Below the pieces are notes generated by a model. It saw only the letters and a list, made by a program, of their open reading frames with translations. It was not told the origin of the DNA and searched no databases. The position numbers and the translations under genes are program-made. A stretch of DNA of 63,993 nt, the filler included, from Atractiella rhizophila (lineage: Eukaryota): the NCBI GenBank assembly GCA_021432655.1. It is 21 parts of 21 records of this genome, joined end to end, with 100 filler letters (N's around TTAATTAATTAA, not from the genome) between each part and the next. Parts side by side here need not be neighbours in the genome. Positions count along the whole stretch, not along the records: positions 1 to 3,055 come from MU272588.1; positions 3,156 to 6,205 come from MU272589.1; positions 6,306 to 9,333 come from MU272590.1; positions 9,434 to 12,450 come from MU272591.1; 17 more parts are not named here. One strand, 5' to 3'. Of the stretch, positions 1 to 11,614 are shown piece after piece. The first letter of the stretch is position 1. Every line of letters begins with the position of its first letter.

Positions 1-574
1 ATATGGTAAACCGGGGGATGGGACATTGGAAGGGAGTAACGAGGATTTACCGATATTTGAAAGGGACAACCGGAAGGATTTTGAGATGGGATGGGAAGGG
101 TACATCGACTGAACTGGTGGGCTGGTGCGATGCGGATCATGCGGCGGACATCGACAGTAGACGGTCGATATCTGGTTGCCATTTCAATCTGGCTGGTGGG
201 ATGGTCTCTTGTTTTTCGACTGCTCAGAAATCAGTAGCAATCTCGTCTACAGAAGCTGAATACATGGCACTCTCTTTGGCTGCGAGGGAGGCGCTATGGT
301 TGAGAGAGATCCTGAGGACACTTGGATTTGAACAGAGATTCCCAACGATAATACGGGGTGACAATCAGAGCGCAATAATCCTCGCGAAACATCTCGCAAA
401 CCACAATCGAACGAAGCACATCGGTGTGCATTACGCTACACGAGAGAAAGGGTTCAGGGCAAGGAAATTGCGATGAAGTGGGTCCCAACTTCAGAGATGT
501 CAGCGGCCGTGTTCACAAAAGGGTTGGGTGCTGAGCCACATTACCGTTTCTGCTCGTCGTTAGGACTGCTGTGA
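1..574 (+). mobile_element. Ty1/copia retrotransposon pol C-terminus (end of RT plus RNase H), frameshifted
   Basis: Motifs RIYRYLKGT, GWCDADHA, SSTEAEYMA, DNQSAI and HNRTKHI are typical of copia RNase H. The tail (WVPTSEMSAAVFTKGLG...LGLL*) continues in another frame to TGA at 572-574. Confidence 0.93.
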
Positions 575-781
575 GGGGACGGGGATATGAGCAGGCGTTC
601 TATTGAAGATGTAAGACCCGTGGAACCGGTCTGTCCAATTCTATTATCAGGTTACCATTAGAACGCTGATATGCACGGAGGGACCATCGAGACAAACACG
701 GGGATTGAGTGGACCGAAATGGGATAGGGCATGGAGAGGCGGAAAGAGGAGGGGCACGAAGGTGGAGGAGAGGTGCGGCGA

Positions 782-1917
782 TTGAGGAGGGGTGTTGGAG
801 GTATCCAGTATGGTACGATCACCGCATACAGGTGTACGTACGAATGGTCAATGGCCTGTTCTCCCTAGGTCCTTACCACCTGGGATGAGCAGGTAGGAGT
901 CTTGGATAATAGTCATGCTAGGTGCTTACCACCAGGGATGAGCAGATCTACAGTATGGAGCTGGGAAATGGTTCGACAGACGGTGTAAGCTTGTGATGGA
1001 ACCGAAGCGGTCGGCTTGACCTTCGGCGAATTTTTGGCATTTCGACTTCAACTCGACCTACCATGGTCCCAATGAACAAGTGGGAGAAGTGGTTGGTAGC
1101 GGTAGAAAGAGCTGGCTCTATACTACTAGTCTGCCATACAGCTAAGGGGGAGAATGAGTAATGGGGGAGAAATTTCGGTTTGAAATTCATGTGTCGTCCC
1201 ATGTTTTGGTCTGGATGGGGTTACTTCTCTAGTGAAATTCCAGAGCTTCTGAGATTCTTGCACACCCTACACCGACATGCTAACACTGTCTACTTTGTTG
1301 GTGGGTGATAGGGCTGCAGAAATTTCCATAGTTACCTTCTCTTCAGGCTCACTGTGCACATGGAGTATTCTGCCAATGAAATGTATTTCATTTCGCTGTT
1401 ATGAACTACAAAACAAGAAACGGAAACCTGAATTGGAAGTGGTGAGACCTGGACTCATCACAATAGTACGGTGAAGATGGGAACAATCACTACTTTCAAA
1501 CTCCTCCCTCGTTACCCGTTCTCCCCCTTAGCTGTATAGCGGCATAGTAGTCTAGAAGTTGAAGGTGTTAGCATGTCGGTGTAGGGTGCGGAAGAGCCTC
1601 AGAAAGCTCTGGAATTTCACTAGAGAAGTAACCCCATTCTGACCAAAACGCGGGAAGACACATCAATTTCAAACCGAAATTTCTCCCCCATTACTCGTTC
1701 TCCCCCTTAGCTGTATGGCAGACTAGTAGTCTAGAGCCAGCTCTTTCTACCACTTCTCCCACTTGTTCATTGGGACCACGGTAGGTCGAGTTGAAGTCGA
1801 AAATGCCAAAAATTCGGCGAAGGTCAAGCCCACCGCTTCGGCTCCGTCGCAAGCCCTCCTCCAAAGGAGAAGGTTTGTTGCCAAGCTTACAGACGGTGTG
1901 TGAAATTTTGTTCAACA
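782..1917 (+). mobile_element. Copia polypurine tract and probable 3' LTR (793..1917), interrupted by a ~0.9-kb insertion
   Basis: TTGAGGAGGGG (782-792) is followed directly by TGTTGGA at 793. A matching inverted end, TTCAACA, lies at 1911-1917. A 29-bp internal direct repeat occurs at 865-893 and 918-946. The LTR right end is inferred. Confidence 0.6.
984..1891. mobile_element. Non-autonomous foldback/MITE-like element with ~300-bp terminal inverted repeats and a target-site duplication
   Basis: 989-1287 is the reverse complement of 1565-1854, with scattered mismatches. The termini are TGTAAGCTT...AAGCTTACA. GACGG flanks both sides (979-983, 1892-1896) and extends to CAGACGGTG. No convincing ORF. 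Confidence 0.85.
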
Positions 1918-2436
1918 ATGAGCGGAGCCAATCTTTGCATCACAACGGATCGTGACATGTTGCCTGTAATCTGCGTTCCAAGGGCCTTCCATCGTGTTTC
2001 TTAGCCATTCCTTCTTCCTGCTCCTGAGTATGAATACGTTAAATGAGACCCTCTGATGTGAGATGGATGATGTTGACGTTTGGAACATTTATCGTGGCCT
2101 CAAGCCACGATTTATATTCTGCGAAAGGCGCGGGCGTTTCTCGCTTCTCTTCCCGTTCAACATTCTACATGCATCTTCCTCTTACGTCTCCCTCCCGCTG
2201 AACTTCAAATGTTCAGCTGACATCTGGCTCCGGCCTTAAAAGGGGGAGCAACTTGGTCTGGCCCTCATTCCTAACCTCTCCTTCACACTTGTTTTATGTT
2301 CCTCCAAGGTCATCATGTCTCACATTGTCACACTCAATGACACTTACGTCACCTTCTACTTCGCGCACATAGTTCAAATCCTTGTCTCGGAAAGCAGACT
2401 TGTGAACTTGATTCAAGCAGAAGACCCATTTGTATC

Positions 2437-3055
2437 TAGGGATGGCTATCGGAGTCGAATCGTACCAGCTACGCCGGGTTCGATGGCCAGTCGTGTATCG
2501 ATCATAGACAAAAAAGGACCACGACTTACGATTCGATACGAGTACGGCTCCCAAGGCGTATCGAATCGCCAGCGTGTGGATTTTACGACTACGATACGAT
2601 ACACGATTCCATGTGCACGTTTTTGGGGGAGCGGCACCAATAGTAAGCTGCTCACATCACTCTCAGCTGCATGTGCTTACAGTCCTCAGCCCCATGGCTG
2701 CTGTCGGCCAGCATATAAATCCTCCCTATCTTCTCCCCGTTGGCGTCGCACCACCATGGCAACACTGGACAGTTTTCTCGCGCTAGGAAAGAGGTCAAGG
2801 ACTTCAGTGGATATTGTGAAGAGGAACAATGAGGATGGGACTGCACTTAGCCAGTCCAAGAAGCGAAAGGATGAGGAGTCTGAGTGGGTCTTCTCTCCTT
2901 ACAATGGACGCTTGTTGATTGAAATTGCACACAGACACCAAAAGATACCGGGTTACTTTCAGCTTAAGATCTTGCTGGCAGCTTCGCACAATTTCAAACC
3001 TGACCCGAATTATGTATGTCTGCCCGTCATCAACTGCATTAGCTTTCACTAAATA
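2437..3055 (+). mobile_element. Possible 5' end of a hAT-like DNA transposon
   Basis: TAGGGATG at 2437 resembles hAT termini. It is followed by clustered ACGAT/TACGA/CGTATCG subterminal repeats (2450-2610) and an ORF from ATG 2756 with basic NLS-like motifs. The contig ends before any catalytic domain. Confidence 0.35.
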
Positions 3056-3155
3056 NNNNNNNNNNNNNNNNNNNNNNNNNNNNNNNNNNNNNNNNNNNNT
3101 TAATTAATTAANNNNNNNNNNNNNNNNNNNNNNNNNNNNNNNNNNNNNNNNNNNN
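3056..3155. other. Artificial contig spacer (44 N + TTAATTAATTAA + 44 N); first of 20 identical spacers
   Basis: Identical 100-nt blocks start at 3056, 6206, 9334, 12451, 15568, 18682, 21796, 24885, 27970, 31054, 34127, 37182, 40227, 43256, 46278, 49295, 52305, 55311, 58304 and 61292. The core places stop codons in all six frames. Intervening contig lengths never increase (3050, 3028, 3017, 3017, 3014 ... 2888). Confidence 0.98.
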
Positions 3156-3719
3156 GTTGTGGGTGATGTGGTTGGCTGCGGTGACAATGTGAGTTGGCTC
3201 TCGAGGTCGAGTGGGACCTTGCAATGTTGCAATTGTAAACGTGTCTCGTGCAGTGTCTCGTGAACCATTCAAAGTGTCTCTTCAGATCATGCATAAGCTA
3301 TAAGCTAAGTGTGAGGAATTCAGCCGCTACTCGGGCAGTTGAGCAGCAAGCAGCTGGGGAGATGAGCATGATTGAACGCCTCTTATAAGTCCACTTGTCG
3401 TGATGACTGCAAGGACGAATCTCCTGCCCGGGCTTCCGTGATTGACGCAGCCGTAGGAGGAGAACCGCCGGAGGTGATAGTATCGTGTAGTGGAGCTGCT
3501 TCATTTATCCAATCCAGAGAAATGACGAGCGTCCTTGTTTCAGATATACACGACAAGCCGTCAAGTTATCGCCATGAGGAGGTAGCTGCATCCTGAACCA
3601 TAGAGCTCTGTACTCTGCAACCAAAAGTTCTGTTCTTCAGTACATAGAGTCAGCTCTGGTCTCCCTGATCCTGTGAGCGCGTGAGCAGCGGGCTGACAAT
3701 AAGTGATTCAACCACCAAG

Positions 3720-4948
3720 ATGGACTCATTCGACCTGCAACTCGAACCTCCGAAAACAGCCACCTCGCTACGCTCCCAAGGAACGACTCTGAGCACCATC
3801 TCCTCTCCCCACTTCACCATCAACATCTCCACCTCTCCCACGAAGACTTACGTCCTGACCCTGAGCCAAATAGTCTTCGACTCCCCCAACCTATTCACCA
3901 ACTCCTTCCTCTCTTCGACTTCAAACGCTCTCAACGCAACCCCTACCACCGCTGCTACCTCCGAATCAGGATTTCTCGAATCCCAGACGCACACCCTCTT
4001 TCTCCCAGATCGCAAACCGGCCACTTTCGAAGTGATCCGCGATTGGTTATCGGGATACGACATCTTTCCCCTCGAAGTTTCGGGGGCTGGATCTGAGAAG
4101 AAATTCAAGGCGAATCTGTTGAAAGATGCAGAGTTTTATGGACTAGAAGGGTTGAAGAACGCTATCGCGCAGTGGACGGAACAGGAAGAAGGTGAAACGG
4201 GAAGAATGGCGAGGAGAGCGGAAGAGGAGGTGTGTGCGGTCGGAAAGGGGTTGATGGATTCAGAGTTGAGGAGGTTGTTGAGAGAATGCGTGCCTGGTCC
4301 CGGATGGGGTACGGAGGAGAAGGTGTTGAGAGTCCGCGGGGTGCGAATTAGGTGCTTTACCCCTTTCGTTTCCATTTGTTGAACCTAGCTGATGACTCGA
4401 AGGTTCGAGATGCGTCCGCTCATGGCGCACTTTTCAGACATTAACCGCCTTCTCCTTTTCTCAATCGAGGTAACAAGCCTCATTTTTCTGGGCCAACAAT
4501 GACATTGACCGAAAGGATGCAGTTTCCATCACACCATCGTCCCCGTCTCGAAAAGATAGTCGGTCCTTTACTCATACCTCACGATGGTTATCACCCCTCC
4601 ACAACCACAACGCTCGAAGGCCGAATGCGACCCATCCCTCCCACTCCCACCAGCTCTCCCCTCGTCTTCCCTCTCATCCAATTGACGATCAATCACCTCC
4701 CGCGCGGATCCATTCCCACCGTTCTACCTTTCAATTTTCAAGACCTCGATTCTTGGCTCACTTTGGGACACAGTGGCAGACTCGGTGTCCCAGGATATTT
4801 GAGGGCTGAGGATGGAAGTCTCAGTTTGGAGGTCGACCAGTGCGTTCTAGTTTGGGGACAGAGAGATGAGGGATGGACGGTTAAGGGAATCATTGGTTTG
4901 GAGGCTACTACAGTCGAGAAGAAGCTGGGAACCATTCTGTCCGAATGA
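3720..4948 (+). CDS. BTB/POZ-domain protein, fungal type, spliced
   Basis: Motifs FDSPNLFT, DRKPATFEVIRDWLSGYDIFPL and LLKDAEFYGLEGL. Two GT-AG introns at about 4352-4402 and 4470-4516 link the two ORFs. Confidence 0.75.
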
Positions 4949-6305
4949 GCTTTGGTTCGTTTTTCATATCTTATTGCTCTGAATTCTGTTGGAACTACGC
5001 TCGAGACTGTGTAACTCTGCACAGCTATTCCACCATAAACAAAGACGGAATGAACCAGAGACACAGGGCTAAAGAGTTTGATGAAAATAACAGAGAACAA
5101 GGTTGAGAACAAAGAGCTCGTAACCAAATCTGTCAGTATTATATCATTGTACTGTACTGGCGACCAAGCTTGAAAGGGGATGGCAACAATTAAGATTGGG
5201 CAGCAGTTCGGAAATCAAGAAAGCCCTCCTCATAAATGATTCCATCCATCTACCTGGTACAGCGAAGGTGGACCTGGATGACTACTAATGTTGCATAACT
5301 TCTCTTGAGATTCCTGGCACCAACAAGGACCTGCTGCCGATATATGCCTCTCACTTACATGGTTGACAATCTCTTCTCTGTATTGCACCTGCTTCATGAA
5401 CTGAGTCTGTAAGAGAACATGCACACGGAATAAACATATAACGTAATGGAAAGCGGCCTTTTAGCATTAGGTTGCAATGGGACAAGGAGTTGGTTAACAA
5501 AGGGATCTGAGCTAAAGCTCACTCCGTTGAGTTGGGACTATCTTGACTTGAAGTGTTTATGGCGACAAAGGTAGAAAGAGCGAGTTTTGAGGGAGAACAT
5601 AAAAAGCAGCTTCGCATGAGGTGCTCAGCATCAAAAACCTATCCTCGTCCCAATTCAAAATCACCCGGGGTCAGCATTACCTTTAAATTGTGGCCGTTGC
5701 TCACAATGCCTTGGATTGATCTGCATCCGTTGTATTCAAGCCGATTGACAAAGTCGAAAAGATGGTTCGTTGTCCTGCGCTGATAAGTTCACAATTCATG
5801 TCTGGCAAGGGTTGCGCCGAAACGACAAGTCGAGATTTCAGAAGGCGTTTGGCACGACCCTAATCAACACCCACACTACCATGAAAGCGATGCGAGATTA
5901 TATCCTTGGACCTCCTCAACGTTTCCTCGTCCTCCCAACAGCCAGATTGATGCAGAATTACAGGGGAGAGTTCAGGATAAGCACCAGCGCCAGTATCACG
6001 CTCGTCCTCCCGTGATAAATAGATATGGCTTCGGTGAAGGAGTTGAACCAGTTTATGGTCCCGAACAACCACGAAGCAACTTGCATCGTAAGCTGTTCCT
6101 AGTGAAGAATGAACACCTACACTGAATATTGCCTTTTCTTCAGCGAGAGGAATTATACAGAGAAACATTCGAGCTTTTCCAGGCCTTGGACGCTGGGGTT
6201 AGAAANNNNNNNNNNNNNNNNNNNNNNNNNNNNNNNNNNNNNNNNNNNNTTAATTAATTAANNNNNNNNNNNNNNNNNNNNNNNNNNNNNNNNNNNNNNN
6301 NNNNN

Positions 6306-9300
6306 GCGGTATGAGGAGGCATTGAAACAGTTTGAAGAAGCGAGGGAGCTGTATCTGCAGGTGGAAGATCGGCACGGCATGGCTCACTGCATTCACAACA
6401 TGGGGCAGATCAAGCAGGATCATGGGTGGAATCAGGAAGCATTGAAAGCATTGAAAGTGTTTGAAGAAGCGAAGGAGCTGTATCTGCAGGTGGAAGATCG
6501 GCATGGCATGGCTCACTGCAATCACAACACGGGGCGGATTGAGCAGGATTGTGGGCAGAATGAGGAAGCATTGAAACAGTTTGAAGAAGCGAGGGAGAAG
6601 TATCTGCAGGTGGAAGATTGGCATGGTGTGGCCCACTGCAATCACAGCGTGGGGCAGATCAAGCAACTTTGCTGGCCAAATCAGAAAGCATCAAAATGGT
6701 TCAAGGAAGCAAAGCAGTTGTATGACCTGTTGAAAGATCAGCAAATGACCGCCAACAGCATTCACTGTATGGAGGCCATTGAACAGCTTCAAGGGCAGAA
6801 TGAGGAAGGACTGAAACTGTTTGAACAGGTGAAGCAGTTGTATGTGATGGTCGGAGATCAGCAATGCTGGGCCCACTGCATTCGCAGAATGGGGGAGATT
6901 GAGCAGCATCGTAGGCGGAATGAGGAAGCATTGAAATGGTTTGAAGAAGCAATGGAGCTGTATTTGCAGGTGAAAGATTGGCATGGCCAGGGCAACTGTC
7001 TTCACAGCATGGGACAGATTGAGCAGCATCGTGGGCAGAATGAGGAAGCACTGAAATTCTTTGAGCAGGCAAAGCAGTTATATGTGATGGGAGGAGATCA
7101 GCAATGCTGGGCCCACTGCATTCACAGCATGGGGGAGATCGAGCAGCTTTGTTGGCGAAATGAGAAAGCATTGAAATGGTTCGAGGAGGCGAAGCAGTTG
7201 TATGACCTGTTGGGAGATCGGCAAATGACTGCCAACTGCATTCGCTATATGGGGGCCATCCAGCAGCTTCGTGGGCAGAATATGGAAGCACTGGAACTGT
7301 TTGAGCAGGCAATGGGGTTGTATCTGCTGGCGGGAGATCAGAACGGTGAGGCTCACTGCATTCGCAGCATGGGGGAGATTGAGCAACATCGAGGGCGGAT
7401 TGAAGAAGCGCTGACATTGTTCCAGCAGGCGAAGAGGCTGTATCTTATGGTGGAGGATCGGCAAGGGCAGGCCTACTGCATTCGCAACATAGGGCAGATT
7501 GAGCGGCATTGTGGGAGGAACGAGCAAGCACTTAAATTGTTCGAGAAGGCAGACCAGCTGTGTCGAGGACGTGAAGATGTGTACAGACTCGCCCATCGCA
7601 TTTACACCATAGGCAAGATCGAGCATGTTCACAGGTGCATTGAGATGGCAATACATCGATTCCAGGAGGCAAAGAGGCTTTATTTGGCCTTGAAAGATGT
7701 TGAGGGTCAACTCAACTGCCTTGAAGCCTTGGGTTCTGTTTATGTTGATGACCGCCAGTTCCTGAAAGCAGTCAAGGTTCATGAGGAAGCAATTGATTTG
7801 AGCAGGAAAGTCAGCAGCTACTATGAAGCTATTTCCAGAGAGAAAATGGCCACACTTCTCCTCTTTAGACTATCAAGATACACCCATGTGAACAAGGAAC
7901 TTGAAGATGCCTGTCAGCTTTGTGTCAAAAGCTGCATAACTTCAGGGATAACATTTTGTGTTGTAACAATGCATCTTTCTTTATATCAATCTCATCTAAC
8001 ATAGACTCAGGAACCAGATTTAACCGCATGTGCCCATCTCATCACCCCAACGTCATACGCTGCTTCCCTCCACCTGTCCATTCTTCCTTCTTTCCTATTT
8101 CATCTGCCTCGGTCAATTCACTCGATCTGCATCACCTTTGTCTTACCTATCAGATATTCTTATCACTCTCCTGCAAGTGTGTCCACGAAATTGTCCTATT
8201 TCTCTCTTCCAAGTCTCCTGCAGTCATTTGGAAACAAGCCCAAACAAGATGGCATAGTGGATCTTTGTGTTAGGTTTGATCTTGAACATGTCACATTCAA
8301 ATTTGGGAAGGGCGAAGAGACCTCAGATGATGAGCCCCCAAGGAGTGTGTTTTCTCACACATTTCCTCTCCTCCCGGATTGGTCACAGGCAATCTTTGCC
8401 CCTGTTGCCTCATACTCCATAGCCAAAAATAGTTTTGTCCCTATCATGGATAACGAATCGTCATCCCTCCTGTCCTTCTATCAAGCTGTGAGCATTATCC
8501 AACTCTCGCTTTCCCCTACTGCACAGGATAGGAGGTGCTTTATCTCACGCTTGCCTCCTGAGCTTCTCTCCTTCATTTTCAGTTGTCTCTTGGAAACAGG
8601 GGATGCCAATTGGAACATCTCCCACATCTGCAAGCACTGGAGGGTTGTTTCAGCCGTGTATTGGGACGAGCCTTATTCGGTGTTGGAAAAGCATACTCGT
8701 TTAAAAGTGTATGCTGGTTCTGGACGTATGTGGAAGCAACTCCAGTTTCGACAATGCATGGATGTTAAGGTGGTAGAAGTGGTCATCTTGGGCTCGCTGA
8801 ATGTTACAGACATGTGGCTGGACGCATTTTGGAATGAAGAAGAGGCCAAGATATTGTTAAATGCAATTGGAAGCTTGATCAAGCTGGAGGTTGTAACCTT
8901 TGGACATAAGGGTTCAAGGCAGTGGAGGAAGCAGGAGGTAGAGGACTTCATGCAGGGGATGAGGGAGAGGATTGTACAGCTCTCCGCACTGGGGGTAGAA
9001 AACCTTTCCACCCTCTCTTTCTCTTCTATGGCATCAGCTGATCGTCCATTATCTCGTGGCTCCATATCCCTAAAGGTGCTGACATACCCGTCTATCCTAC
9101 AGCTCTCCCTCCCACAAACCCTCTTGCAGTTGAGCCTCATCACTCCAAGTCCTCTCCCAACCTCAATATCAAGCTCCCTGCCTGCTCAGCTCAAACATCT
9201 CACAATCGAGCTTACCCGGGCCTTGCCTAATGGAAATACCTCCATCCCACCCAGACCTCTCGACCTATCACTGCTTGAACAACTGACCTATCTCAACCTC

Positions 9301-9333
9301 GACGGCGGCGAGGAAACTTCAAACCTCGTTTGC
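6306..9333 (+). CDS. TPR-array protein (40-aa repeats, NLR sensor type), probably fused to an F-box-like and leucine-rich C-terminal region; partial at both ends
   Basis: About 12-13 repeats of 120 bp (EALKxFEEAxxLYxxVxDxxGxAHCIxxMGxIE) over 6306-7830. The only in-frame stop, TAG 8002-8004, is the acceptor of a 42-nt GTAACA...CTAACATAG intron (7963-8004). The same frame then stays open to 9333 and contains ISRLPPELLSFIF...ISHICKHWR and LxxLxL motifs. Confidence 0.75.
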
Positions 9334-9630
9334 NNNNNNNNNNNNNNNNNNNNNNNNNNNNNNNNNNNNNNNNNNNNTTAATTAATTAANNNNNNNNNNN
9401 NNNNNNNNNNNNNNNNNNNNNNNNNNNNNNNNNCAAGTCACATAACTCTGCAGAGGACGAATTTCTTCGGAAAGTGCGCGTAAACATCACGACATCACGT
9501 GATGCGAGCCTGATACACACAGTTCCAGGTAACAAGCCCCCAGGAGAGGTCATAGAAGATACAGCCCAAGGATTCTGCCAGGAGATCTACTGCAAGGAGA
9601 TTCCGGGATCAAATTCCAATAAGGTCCAGC

Positions 9631-9781
9631 CATATCACGACTCCGAATGATTCGAATGGATCCAACATGAGGACATTCCCTCAGTACCAAAACCATATCC
9701 CAACTCCGTATGATTCGAATGAAGCTAACATAAGGGCATTCCCCCAGCACCAAACCATGCTCCGTATGATTCGAATAGATG
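9631..9781. repeat. Imperfect tandem repeat, ~60-bp unit, about 2.5 copies
   Basis: CTCCG(A/T)ATGATTCGAAT recurs at about 9641, 9704 and 9760, and the intervening sequences are homologous to each other. Confidence 0.75.
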
Positions 9782-11335
9782 TTGACACTCACAGGAATTT
9801 CCTGAGGATCAAATACAGGCAATAGCACAACTGATTCAACTATGCTGAAATAATAACACGCCGAGGAGATTCCCTCGGCATCAAAGTACTGTAAATCAAG
9901 CCATTTGACAAGTCTGTAGATCCAAACTAGTGCTCAACATGCGGTACTTAGTTCGGCGAGCAGCGTTCATATCCTCCTGAAGCAACAGTAACATGGGCTT
10001 ATTGTCCCAACCTCCCAGATGATTTAAACAAGCCGAGAACAGTCCTGAATCCAATATTTCAACCTCTTCTTCGAAACTATTCGCAAACCATCGTGACAAA
10101 CAGCACTCGGCCAATTGTAAAATCTGCGGCAAGAGCATAAGGGACCAACAGTTACAATTATATTGTTACCACATGAACATCTCAATGAGCAGGTTCTTCC
10201 TGCCGCCTTGCATTTCTTTCATCAGGTTCATCGGATCCCCTCCATTAAGGACGAGGGATGCAATGTGGTTAACAACGCGACCTTTCTCCGATAGTGCAAA
10301 GGTCTCGATTGTTTCAACCGCTGCCCAAGTTTCACGTTGCACCACTAGCACACGCACAAATAAAAACGCGCCAATCAATTCAGGACGTCAGCTGTACTAC
10401 CCATCTGCTCCTCCCTCCTCTCCTTCGTCGGCGATGCAATCGTCGTATCGCATCACCATGTTCTTTCCCCTCCTCCACATCACACACCATTAAATCCATT
10501 CGCCAAATTCACTGCTAATTCCACTCATACGAGCGCAATCTCACAGCTTCGGCTACAGCGTGCACCTTCCCGCTTCTTCGTCTTGGTTCCAACAAATGGA
10601 GGGTGTTTCTAGAGATACAGGCAGAACGAGTATAGGGATGGAACAGGTCGCGGAGAAAGGTTGTGGCAAGGAGGGCAGTAAATGCAAACGTAAAGGTCGT
10701 GTGGTTCGTGGTTTGGTTGGAGCTTCAGAGGCACAATACATACGACCATGACTGTCTATCACAATGTAGAAGTTTGGACATCAATTTGCCAGCTGAGATA
10801 TAAGGTATCAGACGTTTCTAGAATGCAGGTGGCTGGTCTGCGTAAGTCATCCAATTGAGTGCAGTGGGACAAGCAAGCTTTTCCGGACAGCTTTCCGCTG
10901 CAGCAATTCTCCACTCTGCGAGCGGAAAGGCCAGTAGACGGAATACCAACCAAATGTTGTTGCTGCATGATCTGCAGTCAGGTCCATGCCTTGGTTGGCC
11001 TCCTCAAATCACCCACCTTTGACGCTAAAGACTGTCGTACGCGGTCGAACATCATTACAGCAGTAATATTGCAGAACATTTTAAACCAACGTTTGAGAGC
11101 TAGAGACTGAGTGATATTGACGATCGACGAATCGAAGAATTAAAATCTGGCATATATTTTGGGATACTTAATTGACATCAAGGAGCACAAACTTCATTGA
11201 AGCCATGTTGAAGAAGTTTGAGCATGATGCATAACGAAACACTTCAGTTCTTAGAAAGTGAAATAAATGAGTGAAGGTGCTTTATGATTTTTAGCTCAGT
11301 TGGAGAATCTCAGTCGGGTTTCATAGCCTATCCGA

Positions 11336-11614
11336 TCAGAGGACACGCATTTGTTGGCTCTCTGTTGGGCTCAGTGTGTACAATTTGTACAATATGTTAG
11401 CCCGCAGAATTAAAGCGAGGAAAAGGTGCTCACGCCAGTTCGATAATCCAGATACCATCGGAGGAGGAGGTCGATTCCTTTTAGGTCCCGGCTTCTTGGC
11501 CGCCTTCTTCTTCAGCTTGAAGTGCCACCACTTCCTCTCTTTCGTGGTTACGGCCCCTTCCTCTTGATGGTGATGTGTCGTATCTCTTTTCTTTCTGATA
11601 CCGAAGGGAGCCAT
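11336..11614 (-). CDS. Small basic hypothetical protein, possibly spliced
   Basis: ATG in a CCATGG context and a Lys/Arg/Pro-rich ORF. A GTGAGC donor with a GCTAAC branch site follows. No recognised domain. Confidence 0.3.
   Translation of the reverse strand: MAPFGIRKKRDTTHHHQEEGAVTTKERKWWHFKLKKKAAKKPGPKRNRPPPPMVSGLSNWREHLFLALILRANILYKLYTLSPTESQQMRVL

Noticed and set aside
2315..2755. 5' half of the 245-aa ORF
   Set aside because: It runs through CG-rich subterminal repeats. Protein-like sequence begins only at ATG 2756.
3100..3111. TTAATTAATTAA palindrome recurring every ~3 kb
   Set aside because: It is always centred in exactly 44+44 Ns, so it is an assembly linker. ORFs ending in X...N or LIN are artefacts of it.
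6691..7782. Long antisense ORFs over the TPR gene
   Set aside because: These are shadow frames produced by the repetitive sense ORF and have no independent motifs.
9631..9781. CRISPR-like spacing of a partly palindromic ~17-bp repeat
   Set aside because: The intervening sequences are homologous to each other, there are only three copies, the context is eukaryotic and no cas genes are present.
9840..11300. Scattered short ORFs, possibly exons of a decayed gene
   Set aside because: I could not assemble them into a coherent reading frame or family.
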